A stretch of 64,000 bases of DNA, from NCBI GenBank assembly GCA_963755915.1, contig CAVWLP010000002.1, positions 1,088,001-1,152,000 of the forward strand, written 5' to 3'. How positions within the stretch are numbered: position 1 is the first letter of the stretch; every line of letters begins with the position of its first letter. Source of the DNA: an uncultured Phycisphaerales bacterium (lineage in GTDB: Bacteria; Planctomycetota; Phycisphaerae; Tepidisphaerales; Tepidisphaeraceae). Positions 1 to 10,978 of this stretch are shown here, in pieces. Made by a program: the position numbers and the translations under genes. The notes under the pieces are model-generated. The model saw nothing but the letters and a program-made list of their open reading frames with translations, did not search any database and was not told where the DNA came from.

Positions 1-970
1 AATCGACCGTATAGGAAACTGGCGAGCATCGCATGCGTTTCTGATGGATATCGCGAACCGGCAGGTCGTGCAGAGCGCAAACGTAATCGACAAGCAAGCG
101 ATCACCGCCCAGCGCCTCAAGCGACTGGAATCAATAGAACTGAAATTGAGGCAGACGAAAATGCGCCTCACCCAAATGCAGGACATCGGAGGCTGCCGGG
201 CCGTGGTTCACAGGGCGCAAAGGGCTCGCGACCTTGCACCGCTGATAGCGACCGCACTTCCGGTTGCCGCGCCGGATCAATTCTCTGTTGTGAGGACGAC
301 AGATTATTTGACTACTCCCAAGCCGGATGGATACCGGGGCATTCACATTGTTGTGGAGTACGACGGCGTTGATGAGGACTATAAAAAATTAAAAGTCGAA
401 ATTCAGGTCAGAAGCAGGCTGCAACACGTCTGGGCAACCTCAGTGGAGATATGCCAATTCTTCACCCAACAACGATTCAAGACGGCCAAAAAAACCGCCG
501 ACGAAAAATGGCTGCGATATTTCGCTCTGGCCTCGTCCTATATGGCACTGCTTGAAAGGCTGCCGACGGTTCCGAATACGCCGGAGGTATTCGAGGACAT
601 CATGGCAGAGATGAAGGCCATAGATTCCGAGACGGGAATCGTCGCGGCTCTTGGGAATTGGAGTCAGCTTGTGCAACCGGGCTTTACCGTTCCGGACGCG
701 TACTTCTACGTTCTGGACCTGAACGGCAAGGATCGCACGATGCGGCTGGAGTCATTTCGGAAAGACGAGCTGAAGCAAGCCGAGGATAAATATCTGGAAC
801 TTGAAAAACACACCGAAGGCAATTTAAGCCGTCAGATTGTTCTTGTTTCCGTTGAATCCATCGACTCTCTGAGGGGCGCGTACCCGAACTATTTTTTCGA
901 CGCAATCCAATTCACGTCTGCCGTTTCCGCATTTAAGACCCCGCGCCTTGTTTCTTCGTACTACGCGTAG
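1..970 (+). CDS. capRel: Fused CapRel-like toxSAS (RelA/SpoT synthetase toxin plus C-terminal antitoxin/sensor domain), 5'-partial
   Basis: The frame is open from position 2 (IDRIGNWRASHAFLMD...). It has RelA_SpoT motifs AQRLKR..SI..KL, MQDIGGCR, DY...PK.DGYRGIH and EIQVRSRLQHVWAT. The C-terminal IVLVS...L..AYPNYFFD matches the YxxY autoinhibitory motif of fused CapRels. Confidence 0.85.
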   Translation, partial: IDRIGNWRASHAFLMDIANRQVVQSANVIDKQAITAQRLKRLESIELKLRQTKMRLTQMQDIGGCRAVVHRAQRARDLAPLIATALPVAAPDQFSVVRTTDYLTTPKPDGYRGIHIVVEYDGVDEDYKKLKVEIQVRSRLQHVWATSVEICQFFTQQRFKTAKKTADEKWLRYFALASSYMALLERLPTVPNTPEVFEDIMAEMKAIDSETGIVAALGNWSQLVQPGFTVPDAYFYVLDLNGKDRTMRLESFRKDELKQAEDKYLELEKHTEGNLSRQIVLVSVESIDSLRGAYPNYFFDAIQFTSAVSAFKTPRLVSSYYA

Positions 971-1130
971 CCGCTGAGCGTTTCCGCCGCCTTTCGTCCG
1001 CAAGGGCTTTATCAATTTTGGCTTTTGGGACCGCCATTATCCGCCGCGTGAAGTCTTCCATTTTGTGAAACGCAGCTTCGGGGTCGGCAACGCGGATATC
1101 GGGGATTTCTTGGGGTTTTGGTTTGGGCAT
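933..1130 (-). CDS. Small basic hypothetical protein of the type often seen downstream of IS1595 transposases
   Basis: 65 aa (…FHKMEDFTRRIMAVPKAKIDKAL…). It is co-oriented with the transposase and has an SD-like GAAGGA before the ATG. Confidence 0.55.
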   Translation of the reverse strand: MPKPKPQEIPDIRVADPEAAFHKMEDFTRRIMAVPKAKIDKALADERRRKRSAATRSTKKQGAGS

Positions 1131-1217
1131 TCCTTCATTGTATCACGAAAGGGAACCGGATTTTGAAAAACGCACGCAACACAAATGGCTGTGACCTAAA
1201 CACCGGCCCGCGCCCCC

Positions 1218-1637
1218 TTACGCCTCGAATTCAGATGAATCTTCAATGTGAAGTATTCGCTCTGCCAGAAGATTCCCGGAAGGCTCGGTTACGGATACGG
1301 GAAATTCTCCGGCACCCGGAAAGCTCACCGATGAGAAAGACGCTACGTACGTCTGGAGCCCCGACGGATAGTGTCCGCCGGGGGTCACCGTAGATTTATA
1401 AAAATGGCTTCCGGCTTGCATCGACACTATCAGTTGCATGGGTTCAAAGAGGTTCTCTAGTTCAATTAGAATGTCGATGCGGGGATATGTCGCCGGGAAC
1501 TTCGGAAAATTGAGGACGCTGAAGACCGCTCGCAGCGAATAGAAGTCGAACCTACCATCCCTTACCGCCTCTTTGCACATGACCATAGCCGCTACGCGAG
1601 GTCGATCTTTACTCATTGGTTCACCCTTGCGAATCAT
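1218..1637 (-). CDS. Hypothetical protein, DUF6941-like beta-rich fold
   Basis: The pattern P.V.AMVMC..AVRD....YSL..VF..L....FPA.YP resembles DUF6941. It abuts the transposase stop codon. The start may be the second Met at 1616. Confidence 0.55.
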   Translation of the reverse strand: MIRKGEPMSKDRPRVAAMVMCKEAVRDGRFDFYSLRAVFSVLNFPKFPATYPRIDILIELENLFEPMQLIVSMQAGSHFYKSTVTPGGHYPSGLQTYVASFSSVSFPGAGEFPVSVTEPSGNLLAERILHIEDSSEFEA

Positions 1638-2663
1638 TCAATTTGGCAGATTTTCTTTTCCCGCGCCGCTCTCGCCGTTTCCGGTAACGGGAGCACCCTC
1701 CAATGCCCCGATGAGGGCCTTGTAGGTCAACCGTTTTCCGTGATAGCGGCTTGCGGCAATCCGGAAACGGTCTGCGTCTTCAACCTCACGATGATTGAAG
1801 CGGAATGCTTCGGAATCGACATATGCGGCAAGGTGGAACGGCTCGACGCTAACGTGTGTTCCCTTGATGCAGCGTTTGAACAGCGCCCAGAAGTTTTCCA
1901 GCCCGTTGGTGTGGACCACTTTGTCCTTTACGTATGCCTCAGTATGATCCACAAAATCATGGTTGAACGTACCGGCGATACTTACGTCGCGATAGTTTTT
2001 CAGGGCGTCGGTATAGAGGGTCGTTCCCGGCTCCACGTTCTTGTGAATGACAGTGAGGAGCGATTCCTTTTTGCGATCCGCCACGACCGCCGTCCGGACG
2101 GTGCTATGTTTCTTGCCATCGTGGCGGTTGAGCAAACCCATGACGTTTGTCATATGAGCGCCACCGCGATTTTTTCCGACCTTACGTTCGCGGACCTTCT
2201 TGTGCATGTTGGCCGCAAGGCCGCCGACCATCGTTTCGTCGGCCTCGACGATACCTTTCATTTTGGAATCGAACGATCCGACGTGGATGGCATGGCGAAC
2301 GCGATGGAGCATGAACCACGCGGATTTTTGGGTAATGCCGAGCGCCCGATGAATCTCGTAACTGCTGATTGAGTTCTTGGCGTTTACTTCGAGCCAAAAC
2401 GCCGCTGCCCATTTGTCCAAGCCAAGTGGAGAGTCTTCCATGACCGATCCTGTTTTCACGGTGAACTGGCGGCTATCGTGGTTTTTGGCACAAGAATACC
2501 GGCGATATTTCGGCATGTAGTGGACTTGCGTTGACCCGCATCGCGGACAGACCGGACCACTCGGCCATCGCATCTTGGCGAAGAAATCGTGGGCAACATC
2601 CAGATCGGAAAAGTGCTTAATGGCTTCTAAAAGCGTTTCCGGAAAGTGGTTTTCAGTGTTCAT
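1638..2663 (-). CDS. IS1595-family DDE transposase
   Basis: N-terminal Zn ribbon (RWPSGPVCPRCGS…C), HTH (ISSYEIHRALGITQKSAWFMLHRVR), and catalytic motifs VEADET, LYTD, HTNGLENFW and Y..E..FRFN.R. Confidence 0.95.
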   Translation of the reverse strand: MNTENHFPETLLEAIKHFSDLDVAHDFFAKMRWPSGPVCPRCGSTQVHYMPKYRRYSCAKNHDSRQFTVKTGSVMEDSPLGLDKWAAAFWLEVNAKNSISSYEIHRALGITQKSAWFMLHRVRHAIHVGSFDSKMKGIVEADETMVGGLAANMHKKVRERKVGKNRGGAHMTNVMGLLNRHDGKKHSTVRTAVVADRKKESLLTVIHKNVEPGTTLYTDALKNYRDVSIAGTFNHDFVDHTEAYVKDKVVHTNGLENFWALFKRCIKGTHVSVEPFHLAAYVDSEAFRFNHREVEDADRFRIAASRYHGKRLTYKALIGALEGAPVTGNGESGAGKENLPN

Positions 2664-2669
2664 GCCGGT

Positions 2670-2698
2670 ATCTTAGGGTCCGGACGTTGTTTTGTCAA
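2670..2698 (-). promoter_or_regulatory. Sigma70 promoter for the transposase (leaderless)
   Basis: TTGACA-17 nt-TAAGAT, then 6 nt to the ATG at 2663. Confidence 0.75.
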
Positions 2699-3008
2699 GT
2701 ATATTATTACCATATATAGAGCAACCCTAAAACACCATGAACCAACGACCCAACCACGCCCAATCCGCGCCGCACCGCGCCGCAATACCAGCGGCCGGGC
2801 CGCGCCAACCAACCAACAAAACCGCTAAACTCCCCCCGTCGCAATCCCCGAAAAATCACGTACACCCCCACCCCCGATTTTTAAAATTCCTCCAACCCGT
2901 CAACGGTAACAAAACCCCCCGCCACAGCGCCCAATCAAAGAGTTCGCCCCCACTAACTTCTTCTGAATTTCACTCCGCTATATACGTTGTCGCAATTAAG
3001 GAATCCCC

Positions 3009-3060
3009 GTGTAGCCGCCCCCGCTTGACTTCGGCGAGCTCAGTCGAGCCGCGGAGCGCG
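3009..3060. repeat. REP-like palindrome (GTAGCCGC…GCGGAGCGC) with a nested CTTCG…GCTCAG mini-repeat
   Basis: GTGTAGCCGCCCCCGCTT[GACTTCGGCGAGCTCAGTCGAGCC]GCGGAGCGCG. Similar sequences lacking the insert lie at 52180 and 63497. Confidence 0.5.
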
Positions 3061-3108
3061 TCTTCGCTCACCCCAAGATCCCCGCTCCTTGTCCAGGCCG
3101 CGATACCC

Positions 3109-4737
3109 TCACACCCGCGCCCGACTATGCTCTTCCAGCCGTTGCAGCAGCTCGCAAGCCTCTTCCTGATGTTCCCCCACGCTGCTCGTCCAGATCAGCG
3201 GCTCATTCCGCAGCACCGCCCGTTCGATCCGCCGGCAGGCGCTGATCACCGTGCTGTGATTCCGCTTCCCCATCCGCATCCCGATTTCCGGAAAGCTCAG
3301 CTTCGCCGTCTTACGCACCAGGAACATCGCCACGCTCCGCGCCAGGCTGATCGTCCTCTGCCGCCGGCCCGACATCAGGTCCTTGTTTTCCAGCCCGAAA
3401 TATTCGCAGACCGATTGAAGGATGTTGTCCGGCCGCACCGGCGCGACCATCTGCCGATCCAGGTCCCCCAGCGCCGCCTGAACCAGCGCCACATCCGGCA
3501 TCTGCCCCGTCACTTTCAAATACGCCGCGATCCGTGTGACCGCCCCTTCCAGCTCCCGAACGTTCTGCGTCACCCGCCGGGCGATCCACCCGATCACTTC
3601 TTCCCCCAGCGAGAGTTCGGCCCGATCCGAAAGGCTGCGCAGAATATCGCACCGCATCGCGAAGTTCGGCGGATCGATCCGGACCACCATCCCGCTCACG
3701 AACCGGTTGATCAGCGATTCCCCGAACGATTCGATCATCTTCGGATGGTTATCGCTCGCCATCACCACCTGCCGCCCCATCGCCTCGATCGCGTTGAACG
3801 TATGCAGGAATTCCTCCTGCGTCGCTTTCTTGCCGCCGAGGAAATGCACGTCGTCGATCACCAGCAGGTCCAGCTCGCGCATCTTCCGCCGGAAAACGTC
3901 GATCTTGCTCGTGCGCAGCGCCGTCAGAAATTCGTTGGTGAATTCCTCCCCGGTCAGATACGACCACCGCCGCGTTGGATGATGCGCTACGAACCGCTTG
4001 CAAAGCCCCTGCAGCAGATGCGTCTTCCCCAGCCCGCACCCGCCGTGGATGAACAGCGGGTTGTACTGAGCCCCGGGAAATTCCGCCACGTGCGTCGCCG
4101 CCGTGAAGGCAAGCTGATTGCTCTGCCCCACGACGAATGTTTCGATGTCATGCCGGAAGCGCGGCCGCCCCGTTTGCGCGGCAATGCCGCTCTCCACCGG
4201 CGGCGAAAATCGCTGCGGCGCTATCGCTGCCGCCGCGCCGAACCGCGGCTCGGGCCCCATCTCTCTTGCCACCAGCGCGGGCGACGAATCATCGGCGCCC
4301 GGCGCCAGACGCGCGCCCAGCTCCGGCGCCGCAATCGCGCGCACCACCGCTTTGGCGCTCTGATTCTGCTTCCCCCCATTCACCGGTTTCGCGGGGGCGC
4401 TGTCGCTGGTTTGAACTTCGAAAAGCTGCGGCACCACGCTGAAGCGAACCGCCAGCGAGCACCCCAGAACTTCATTGGCCGCTTCCTGGATCGGCCGGCT
4501 GAAGTGCGACCCGATCCATTCGCTGATGAAATCGTTCGGGACGGCAATCTCCAGCCCGTCCTGTTTCAGATCCAAACGCGTGGAATTATTGAACCAGACA
4601 TGAAATCGTTGTTGCCCGACTCTTTGTGCGATCGCGCTGGCCAACTTCGCCAGTTGCGGATCATGTGCGCTGATACAGCTCAAACCGACTCCTTCCCGTA
4701 AACCCGGCCCAATCGATGCAGCCCGCACAAACGTCAT
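3109..4737 (-). CDS. dnaA: Chromosomal replication initiator DnaA
   Basis: FVVGQSNQLAF, YNPLFIHGGCGLGKTHLL (Walker A), LLVIDDVHFL (Walker B), NVRELEGA, and domain IV SFPEIG..MGKRNHSTVISAC. The start codon is uncertain. Confidence 0.97.
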   Translation of the reverse strand: MTFVRAASIGPGLREGVGLSCISAHDPQLAKLASAIAQRVGQQRFHVWFNNSTRLDLKQDGLEIAVPNDFISEWIGSHFSRPIQEAANEVLGCSLAVRFSVVPQLFEVQTSDSAPAKPVNGGKQNQSAKAVVRAIAAPELGARLAPGADDSSPALVAREMGPEPRFGAAAAIAPQRFSPPVESGIAAQTGRPRFRHDIETFVVGQSNQLAFTAATHVAEFPGAQYNPLFIHGGCGLGKTHLLQGLCKRFVAHHPTRRWSYLTGEEFTNEFLTALRTSKIDVFRRKMRELDLLVIDDVHFLGGKKATQEEFLHTFNAIEAMGRQVVMASDNHPKMIESFGESLINRFVSGMVVRIDPPNFAMRCDILRSLSDRAELSLGEEVIGWIARRVTQNVRELEGAVTRIAAYLKVTGQMPDVALVQAALGDLDRQMVAPVRPDNILQSVCEYFGLENKDLMSGRRQRTISLARSVAMFLVRKTAKLSFPEIGMRMGKRNHSTVISACRRIERAVLRNEPLIWTSSVGEHQEEACELLQRLEEHSRARV

Positions 4738-4951
4738 AAAGTGCCCGGCGGGCGCAGCATCACCCATCTCCTTTGCCGGCATCCTGCCTGACAGGGCGAA
4801 AACGCAATACTAATCATCCGTGAATTGAACGAGAAAATAAGCTACGCGAACCCTGCTGGCAAGATAATCTTTGCTGGTTTTTCCATGCACAGCGCCGAAA
4901 CCAGCGGTAGGACCTGTACCGTTTGACGTTAAAAAAACTTCTATCAACTTC

Positions 4952-4992
4952 CTTTCCACATTTTTATCGGACCGTGAAAAACTTGTGGAAAA
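4952..4992. promoter_or_regulatory. Pair of inverted DnaA boxes upstream of dnaA
   Basis: CTTTCCACA (4952-4960) has one mismatch to TTWTNCACA. TGTGGAAAA (4984-4992) reads TTTTCCACA on the minus strand, a perfect match. Both lie in an AT-rich stretch. Confidence 0.6.
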
Positions 4993-5059
4993 AAGCGCCG
5001 GGGAAGGAAATTTCGTGCCCCATCGGCCTCCCCCCCTCGACCCGTTTTGTCGGCCCGTT

Positions 5060-6022
5060 TCAGATGCCGACCCGCAGGTCGCGGATCATCGCCCAGCGGG
5101 TCGCGACCTGCTGCATCCCGAAACGATAATACAACCGCAGCGCCGGATTATTGCGCGAATCCACCGCCAGCGACAGCCTCCGCCGCTGATCGTTGTGGAT
5201 CATGTGCATGGCATGCTGCATCAAGACGATCCCCAGCCCGCGATGCCGCGCCTCTGGGGCGAGCCCAAGGTAAACCAGTTCCATCGCGTCGGATTTTGGA
5301 ATTCGGCTCAAAAGCACCACGCCCAGCGGCCGCGTTCCATCAGCCAAAACCTGCCAGAAATGCGGCTCAAAATGACCGGTAGCCCGGTGGCCCACAATGA
5401 CATCCTCGATATCCCGCAATCCGCTCAGCAAGGGGCAATCGAGGCTTTCGATATACGTCTTCTGAATCGCCTGGGCGAAAAGAGCGTGCGTGGATTCCGA
5501 ATATTCCACCCATCGCATCGATGGCTCAATTTCCGGGGCCTTTGCATTTCGCGGAACCGAGCCCTGCAGATAGATCAACTCCGCGATTTCCTGGAACCCC
5601 AATGCCACAAAGAATCGGCGGGCATATTCATGCTGGGGTTCCATCAGAACCTGCGAGAGATGTACCCCCTGCCGCGCGTAATGCGAGCAGATTTCTCCCA
5701 CCAGACGCGAGGCCGCCGGCTCAGTCGAAGCATCAACCTGCGCGGATGTAAGCAGAAGCAGCGTTCGCCCGGGATTGACGATCGGCAGCACCGCCCAGGC
5801 GATCACGCCGGGCCGATGGGCAATCCACGTCGAGGCTACGTCGATATGTCGCTCAGACGCCGAGGTGATGAAATCGGTAACCTGCGCCGGTGGCGCCGGG
5901 CGGTGGGGGCCCCCCAGAACCAGCGCGATCGCCGGGCGAAGCTCATGCGACTGGACCGGCCGACAAACCAGCGATTCGTCCCCTTTCAGGGCCGCAAACG
6001 TCGAATTTGACATCACCGCCAT
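5060..6022 (-). CDS. Tandem GNAT-family N-acetyltransferase (MshD-like)
   Basis: C-terminal ELVYLGLAPEARHRGLG…LAVDSRNNPALRLYYRFG, with a degenerate N-terminal GNAT (FFVALGF). Confidence 0.85.
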   Translation of the reverse strand: MAVMSNSTFAALKGDESLVCRPVQSHELRPAIALVLGGPHRPAPPAQVTDFITSASERHIDVASTWIAHRPGVIAWAVLPIVNPGRTLLLLTSAQVDASTEPAASRLVGEICSHYARQGVHLSQVLMEPQHEYARRFFVALGFQEIAELIYLQGSVPRNAKAPEIEPSMRWVEYSESTHALFAQAIQKTYIESLDCPLLSGLRDIEDVIVGHRATGHFEPHFWQVLADGTRPLGVVLLSRIPKSDAMELVYLGLAPEARHRGLGIVLMQHAMHMIHNDQRRRLSLAVDSRNNPALRLYYRFGMQQVATRWAMIRDLRVGI

Positions 6023-6121
6023 CGAACGTAAGAATAACCACAGCCGCGTGGAAGGGCCAATCCTCCCCACGCAAAAGCTCGTATCCCGCCCCTGATTTCA
6101 TCTGGTTGCGAGGATTTCATC

Positions 6122-6739
6122 ATGCATCGTGGTATATTTTTAGCACTGGCTGGTCTTTCGCTCGTCGCCGCGGCAGCCTTGCCGCTGTGCGCCGACTACC
6201 CCCAGCCCAGCCCCTACCCAATCTCATGGGAATTGACCAGCGACTTTTCCGCCCCCAAGCGGATCGTCGTCCAGGGTCCCGGCGATGTAAATCCAAACGC
6301 CTATTGGTATATCACCTATCACGTTTCCAATAACACCGATCAGGATACCGTCCTCTTCTACCCCAACTTTCAGATGCTGATGGAGGACGGGCAGATCATC
6401 CACAGCGACATCGGCGTCGCACCCGCCGTCTTCGATGCCATCAAGAAAAAAGAGGGCCTGAAATTCCTTCAAAGCGACGACCTCATCGGTGGCGACCTCC
6501 GGCAGGGCGAAGATCAGTCCAAAGACGGCGTCGCCATCTGGCCCGAGCCCCGGCTGCGAATGGGAACCTTCACCATCTTCATCGCCGGGTACTGGGGCGA
6601 AGCCGCCACAGTGACCGTCAATGGCAAAGACATCACCCTTCATAAAACCATGCAGATAACCTATTCGTCAGACTCCGATGAGCAGCACCCGGGCGGCGGA
6701 GATCTCGTTGAAAAGAGCCGGCAGTTCGTAATGAGGTAA
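6122..6739 (+). CDS. Secreted hypothetical protein
   Basis: N-terminal signal peptide and host-like codon usage. It ends 5 nt before rpmA. Confidence 0.8.
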   Translation: MHRGIFLALAGLSLVAAAALPLCADYPQPSPYPISWELTSDFSAPKRIVVQGPGDVNPNAYWYITYHVSNNTDQDTVLFYPNFQMLMEDGQIIHSDIGVAPAVFDAIKKKEGLKFLQSDDLIGGDLRQGEDQSKDGVAIWPEPRLRMGTFTIFIAGYWGEAATVTVNGKDITLHKTMQITYSSDSDEQHPGGGDLVEKSRQFVMR

Positions 6740-6744
6740 ATTTC

Positions 6745-7002
6745 ATGGCACATAAAAAAGGTCAAGGTTCCACCCGAAACGGACGCGACAGCAATGCCCA
6801 GTATCTGGGCGTAAAGGCGTATGGCGGGCAGTTTATCTCCGCCGGGTCGATCATCGTCCGCCAGCGCGGGACGAAGTTCATGCCCGGATTTAACGTGGCG
6901 ATCGGCACCGACGATACGCTGTTTGCACTCAAGGATGGAAAGGTGGAGTTTCAGGGCAGGAAGGTTCATGTGCGCCAGGCGGAGGGAGCGGCGACGGCGT
7001 GA
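6745..7002 (+). CDS. rpmA: 50S ribosomal protein L27
   Basis: [24 protein letters not shown]…[10 protein letters not shown]…DDTLFAL. Confidence 0.98.
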   Translation: MAHKKGQGSTRNGRDSNAQYLGVKAYGGQFISAGSIIVRQRGTKFMPGFNVAIGTDDTLFALKDGKVEFQGRKVHVRQAEGAATA

Positions 7003-7020
7003 GCAGATTGATGGGCTTGT

Positions 7021-7245
7021 ATGGAAGCGGTTCATCTCAAAATTCAGGGTCATATTGACGCAGATGGGCACCTTCGGCTCGATTTACCAACGGGCCTGCC
7101 CACCGGCGAAGCGGAAATTGCAGTGACGATCGCTCCCAGAAATGGAAAAGAGGGGGGCGGGTATGATTTTTCGCAACTCGCGGGCCGGCTGAAGTGGGTG
7201 GGAAACGCCGTTGAAGAGCAGCGCGGGATGCGCAATGAGTGGTGA
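7021..7245 (+). CDS. Putative antitoxin (VapB-like)
   Basis: 74 aa, overlaps the PIN gene, and ends with D/N-A-V-EEQR.MR.EW as is typical of PIN-associated antitoxins. Confidence 0.7.
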   Translation: MEAVHLKIQGHIDADGHLRLDLPTGLPTGEAEIAVTIAPRNGKEGGGYDFSQLAGRLKWVGNAVEEQRGMRNEW

Positions 7246-7612
7246 TCGGCTGCTGTTCGATACCAACGCAATCGTCGCTCTACTCGGCGGCAATCAACAG
7301 GTAGTTCAACTCACACGCAACGCACAGTGGATCGGAATTTCGATTATCAGTGAGATCGAATTCCTTTGTTTTGGCGGTTTGACTCAAGCGGACTGCGACC
7401 TGTTCGGGCAGTTTCGCGAAAAAGTGGATGTTGTGGGCCTTAGTCGGGGCGAAGCAGGTTTAATTGATCGTGTGATCGATATTCGCCGGCGATTCGGCGT
7501 AAAATTGCCGGATGCGATCATTGCCGCGACGGCGTTGGTCCGTTCAGCGCGATTGGTGACGGCCGATCGACAACTCGCGAATATAAAAGACGTGTCCATC
7601 GCGTCGTTTTAG
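7235..7612 (+). CDS. vapC: PIN-domain toxin VapC
   Basis: LLFDTNAIV, ISIISEIE, KLPDAIIAATA, LVTAD. Confidence 0.9.
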   Translation: MSGDRLLFDTNAIVALLGGNQQVVQLTRNAQWIGISIISEIEFLCFGGLTQADCDLFGQFREKVDVVGLSRGEAGLIDRVIDIRRRFGVKLPDAIIAATALVRSARLVTADRQLANIKDVSIASF

Positions 7613-7621
7613 CGGTCATGA

Positions 7622-9249
<1,628 letters not shown>

Positions 9250-9276
9250 TGAAGGCAACCAGAATCGGCGCGGTGG

Positions 9277-10398
9277 TCAGTTTGCCTTCATGAACGCGGT
9301 GAGGACTTCTTCATCGACGGGGGTCACCGCGACGTCCTTGATATGGATCGGGTCGCCCGGCTCGTCGGTCGGTTTTGATTCATAAGCGACCTTGCAGACA
9401 TATACCTCGAGCGTTCCCGCGTTTTTTTCCGTCCGCCGGCGCCAAAATTCGGCTTCGTTATCGATGAGATAACGGCCCAGGGCCTCCGTGCCGCTTCCAG
9501 ACAGGCCCAGGATGGCAAGGGTGCACCCCTTCTTGATGCGGCGGTGGGTTGAGACGATGACCAGGCCGCACTCCTGCCTTTTGTCGATCCAGGGGACGCA
9601 GGCCCATTTTCCGTCCGGCGCGAGATAGTGGATGCCGGGCACGAATTTTCCCTCGTCGCCCGGGGGCTTGGTCAGACCACCGAAGCAACTTTCGACGGGG
9701 CGGAGAGGGTTTTGGTAGGCCAGGTAAAATGGGACACATATTCGCTTTCGCTCGTTGACGAAGGGAGTGCAGCCGAAGAGGTCAGCAACGAGCATTTCAA
9801 CCAGCCGGTTAATTCGCTGCGAGCCGATGAAGACCCGGCTGGATTTTTTCAGTTCATCGCTGCTCTGGGCGTATCTCTCCTGAGCGATTTTGTAATCGCG
9901 TTTTAAGCTCTTTTTGATGCTCGACTTATCTTTGGTTCGGGGAGACGACCCCTCGTCCACTTCGAAGGGAAGATAGCGGTTATCGAACGAGAGTTTCTGC
10001 GAACCCCTGATACCCGGTGTGGAGAGCCATCGGATCAGGTTGGACGCCACCGAAGCATCCCGGCGCGAGATCCACGGGATGCAGGCGTTGCCCAGCGACT
10101 GGCGATATTCACCGAGGTAGATGGTTACCGCCCCGGCTTCCGCCACTTTGTCGCGCAGCCCGCTGGCGCCCGTGCCGAAGAGGCCCTGGGGAAGCGTTTC
10201 GGGCGGCACGCTGTTACACACCAGCCAGTCGCAGACGCTGCCCAGCACTTCCAGTGAGGGGTTGCTGTGCTGGTTGTTATATAGCTTGCGTATGGTGTGG
10301 CGGTGAAGTTTCAGGTCGGCGGCGATTTTTTGGATGACGCCGTGATCGTCGAGTTTGTAGTGCTCGAGCAACTCCTGGAGCTTGATTTGAATGTGCAT
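9277..10398 (-). CDS. XRE-type HTH regulator with an uncharacterised C-terminal domain
   Basis: N-terminal IAADLKLHRHTIRKLYNN…PSLEVLGSVCDWL. The C-terminal alpha/beta domain has VFIGSQRIN and LGLSGSGT motifs. Confidence 0.8.
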   Translation of the reverse strand: MHIQIKLQELLEHYKLDDHGVIQKIAADLKLHRHTIRKLYNNQHSNPSLEVLGSVCDWLVCNSVPPETLPQGLFGTGASGLRDKVAEAGAVTIYLGEYRQSLGNACIPWISRRDASVASNLIRWLSTPGIRGSQKLSFDNRYLPFEVDEGSSPRTKDKSSIKKSLKRDYKIAQERYAQSSDELKKSSRVFIGSQRINRLVEMLVADLFGCTPFVNERKRICVPFYLAYQNPLRPVESCFGGLTKPPGDEGKFVPGIHYLAPDGKWACVPWIDKRQECGLVIVSTHRRIKKGCTLAILGLSGSGTEALGRYLIDNEAEFWRRRTEKNAGTLEVYVCKVAYESKPTDEPGDPIHIKDVAVTPVDEEVLTAFMKAN

Positions 10399-10978
10399 TT
10401 TCTTTCTCCCGGAAAAATTCTTTTCGTTTTTTTTCGATGGTGTCGAGCCGGTCTCAGTATAGGCCTCGCGCCGATTGGAGCACAATCGCGGGACGATTTT
10501 TCCCCATCGGCGGCCTCCTCCGGGGCGCGCATGCCCCCGGAAGTGCAGAAAAGGCCTTTCTTCAAATGTATACGCTTTGCGCCCGCGGATGGTGATTTGT
10601 GCCGCTTAAGCTACGTTGCGCCCGGAAAAAAACTTAAAAAACCTATTGACTTCGCACGCCGCTAATATTTATTCTTCCCGGCCCTTTTGCTCCGTAATGG
10701 ATCACGGTGCAATTTGTAATGCGGTAACCAGGCAGCAACGGAGTGCACGAGCAACTCTTTTGCGTGCTCGGACCCGCCTCGTGTTCACATCCAAAGACAC
10801 GAGAGGTTCGAAAAGGCGTACGTCCAGGGCACATTATACATGTTTCACGGAATTCCGTGGCGGGAAATGAGGTTTTCGGCGGCAGATTTTTGCCGCCGGC
10901 GCATGATCCGCACCCTGGGCACATCCCGTAGACCCGGCGGAGGTATGAAGCGTCCGCTGCGAACACGGAAGGGAGAAA

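Larger units (their letters stand above)
1..2711 (-). mobile_element. IS1595-family element with passenger genes; one end at ~2711, the other probably outside the window
   Basis: A terminal-like GGTAATAATATACTTGACA (minus strand, 2711-2693) is followed outside by AT-rich ATATATAG. No matching inverted repeat was found between 1 and 1637. Confidence 0.6.

Noticed and set aside
2737-4701. 654-aa plus-strand ORF and other long antisense ORFs (e.g. 38673-40685, 34726-36315, 4871-6010)
   Set aside because: These are shadow ORFs of high-GC genes on the opposite strand, with Arg/Pro/His-rich non-protein-like composition.
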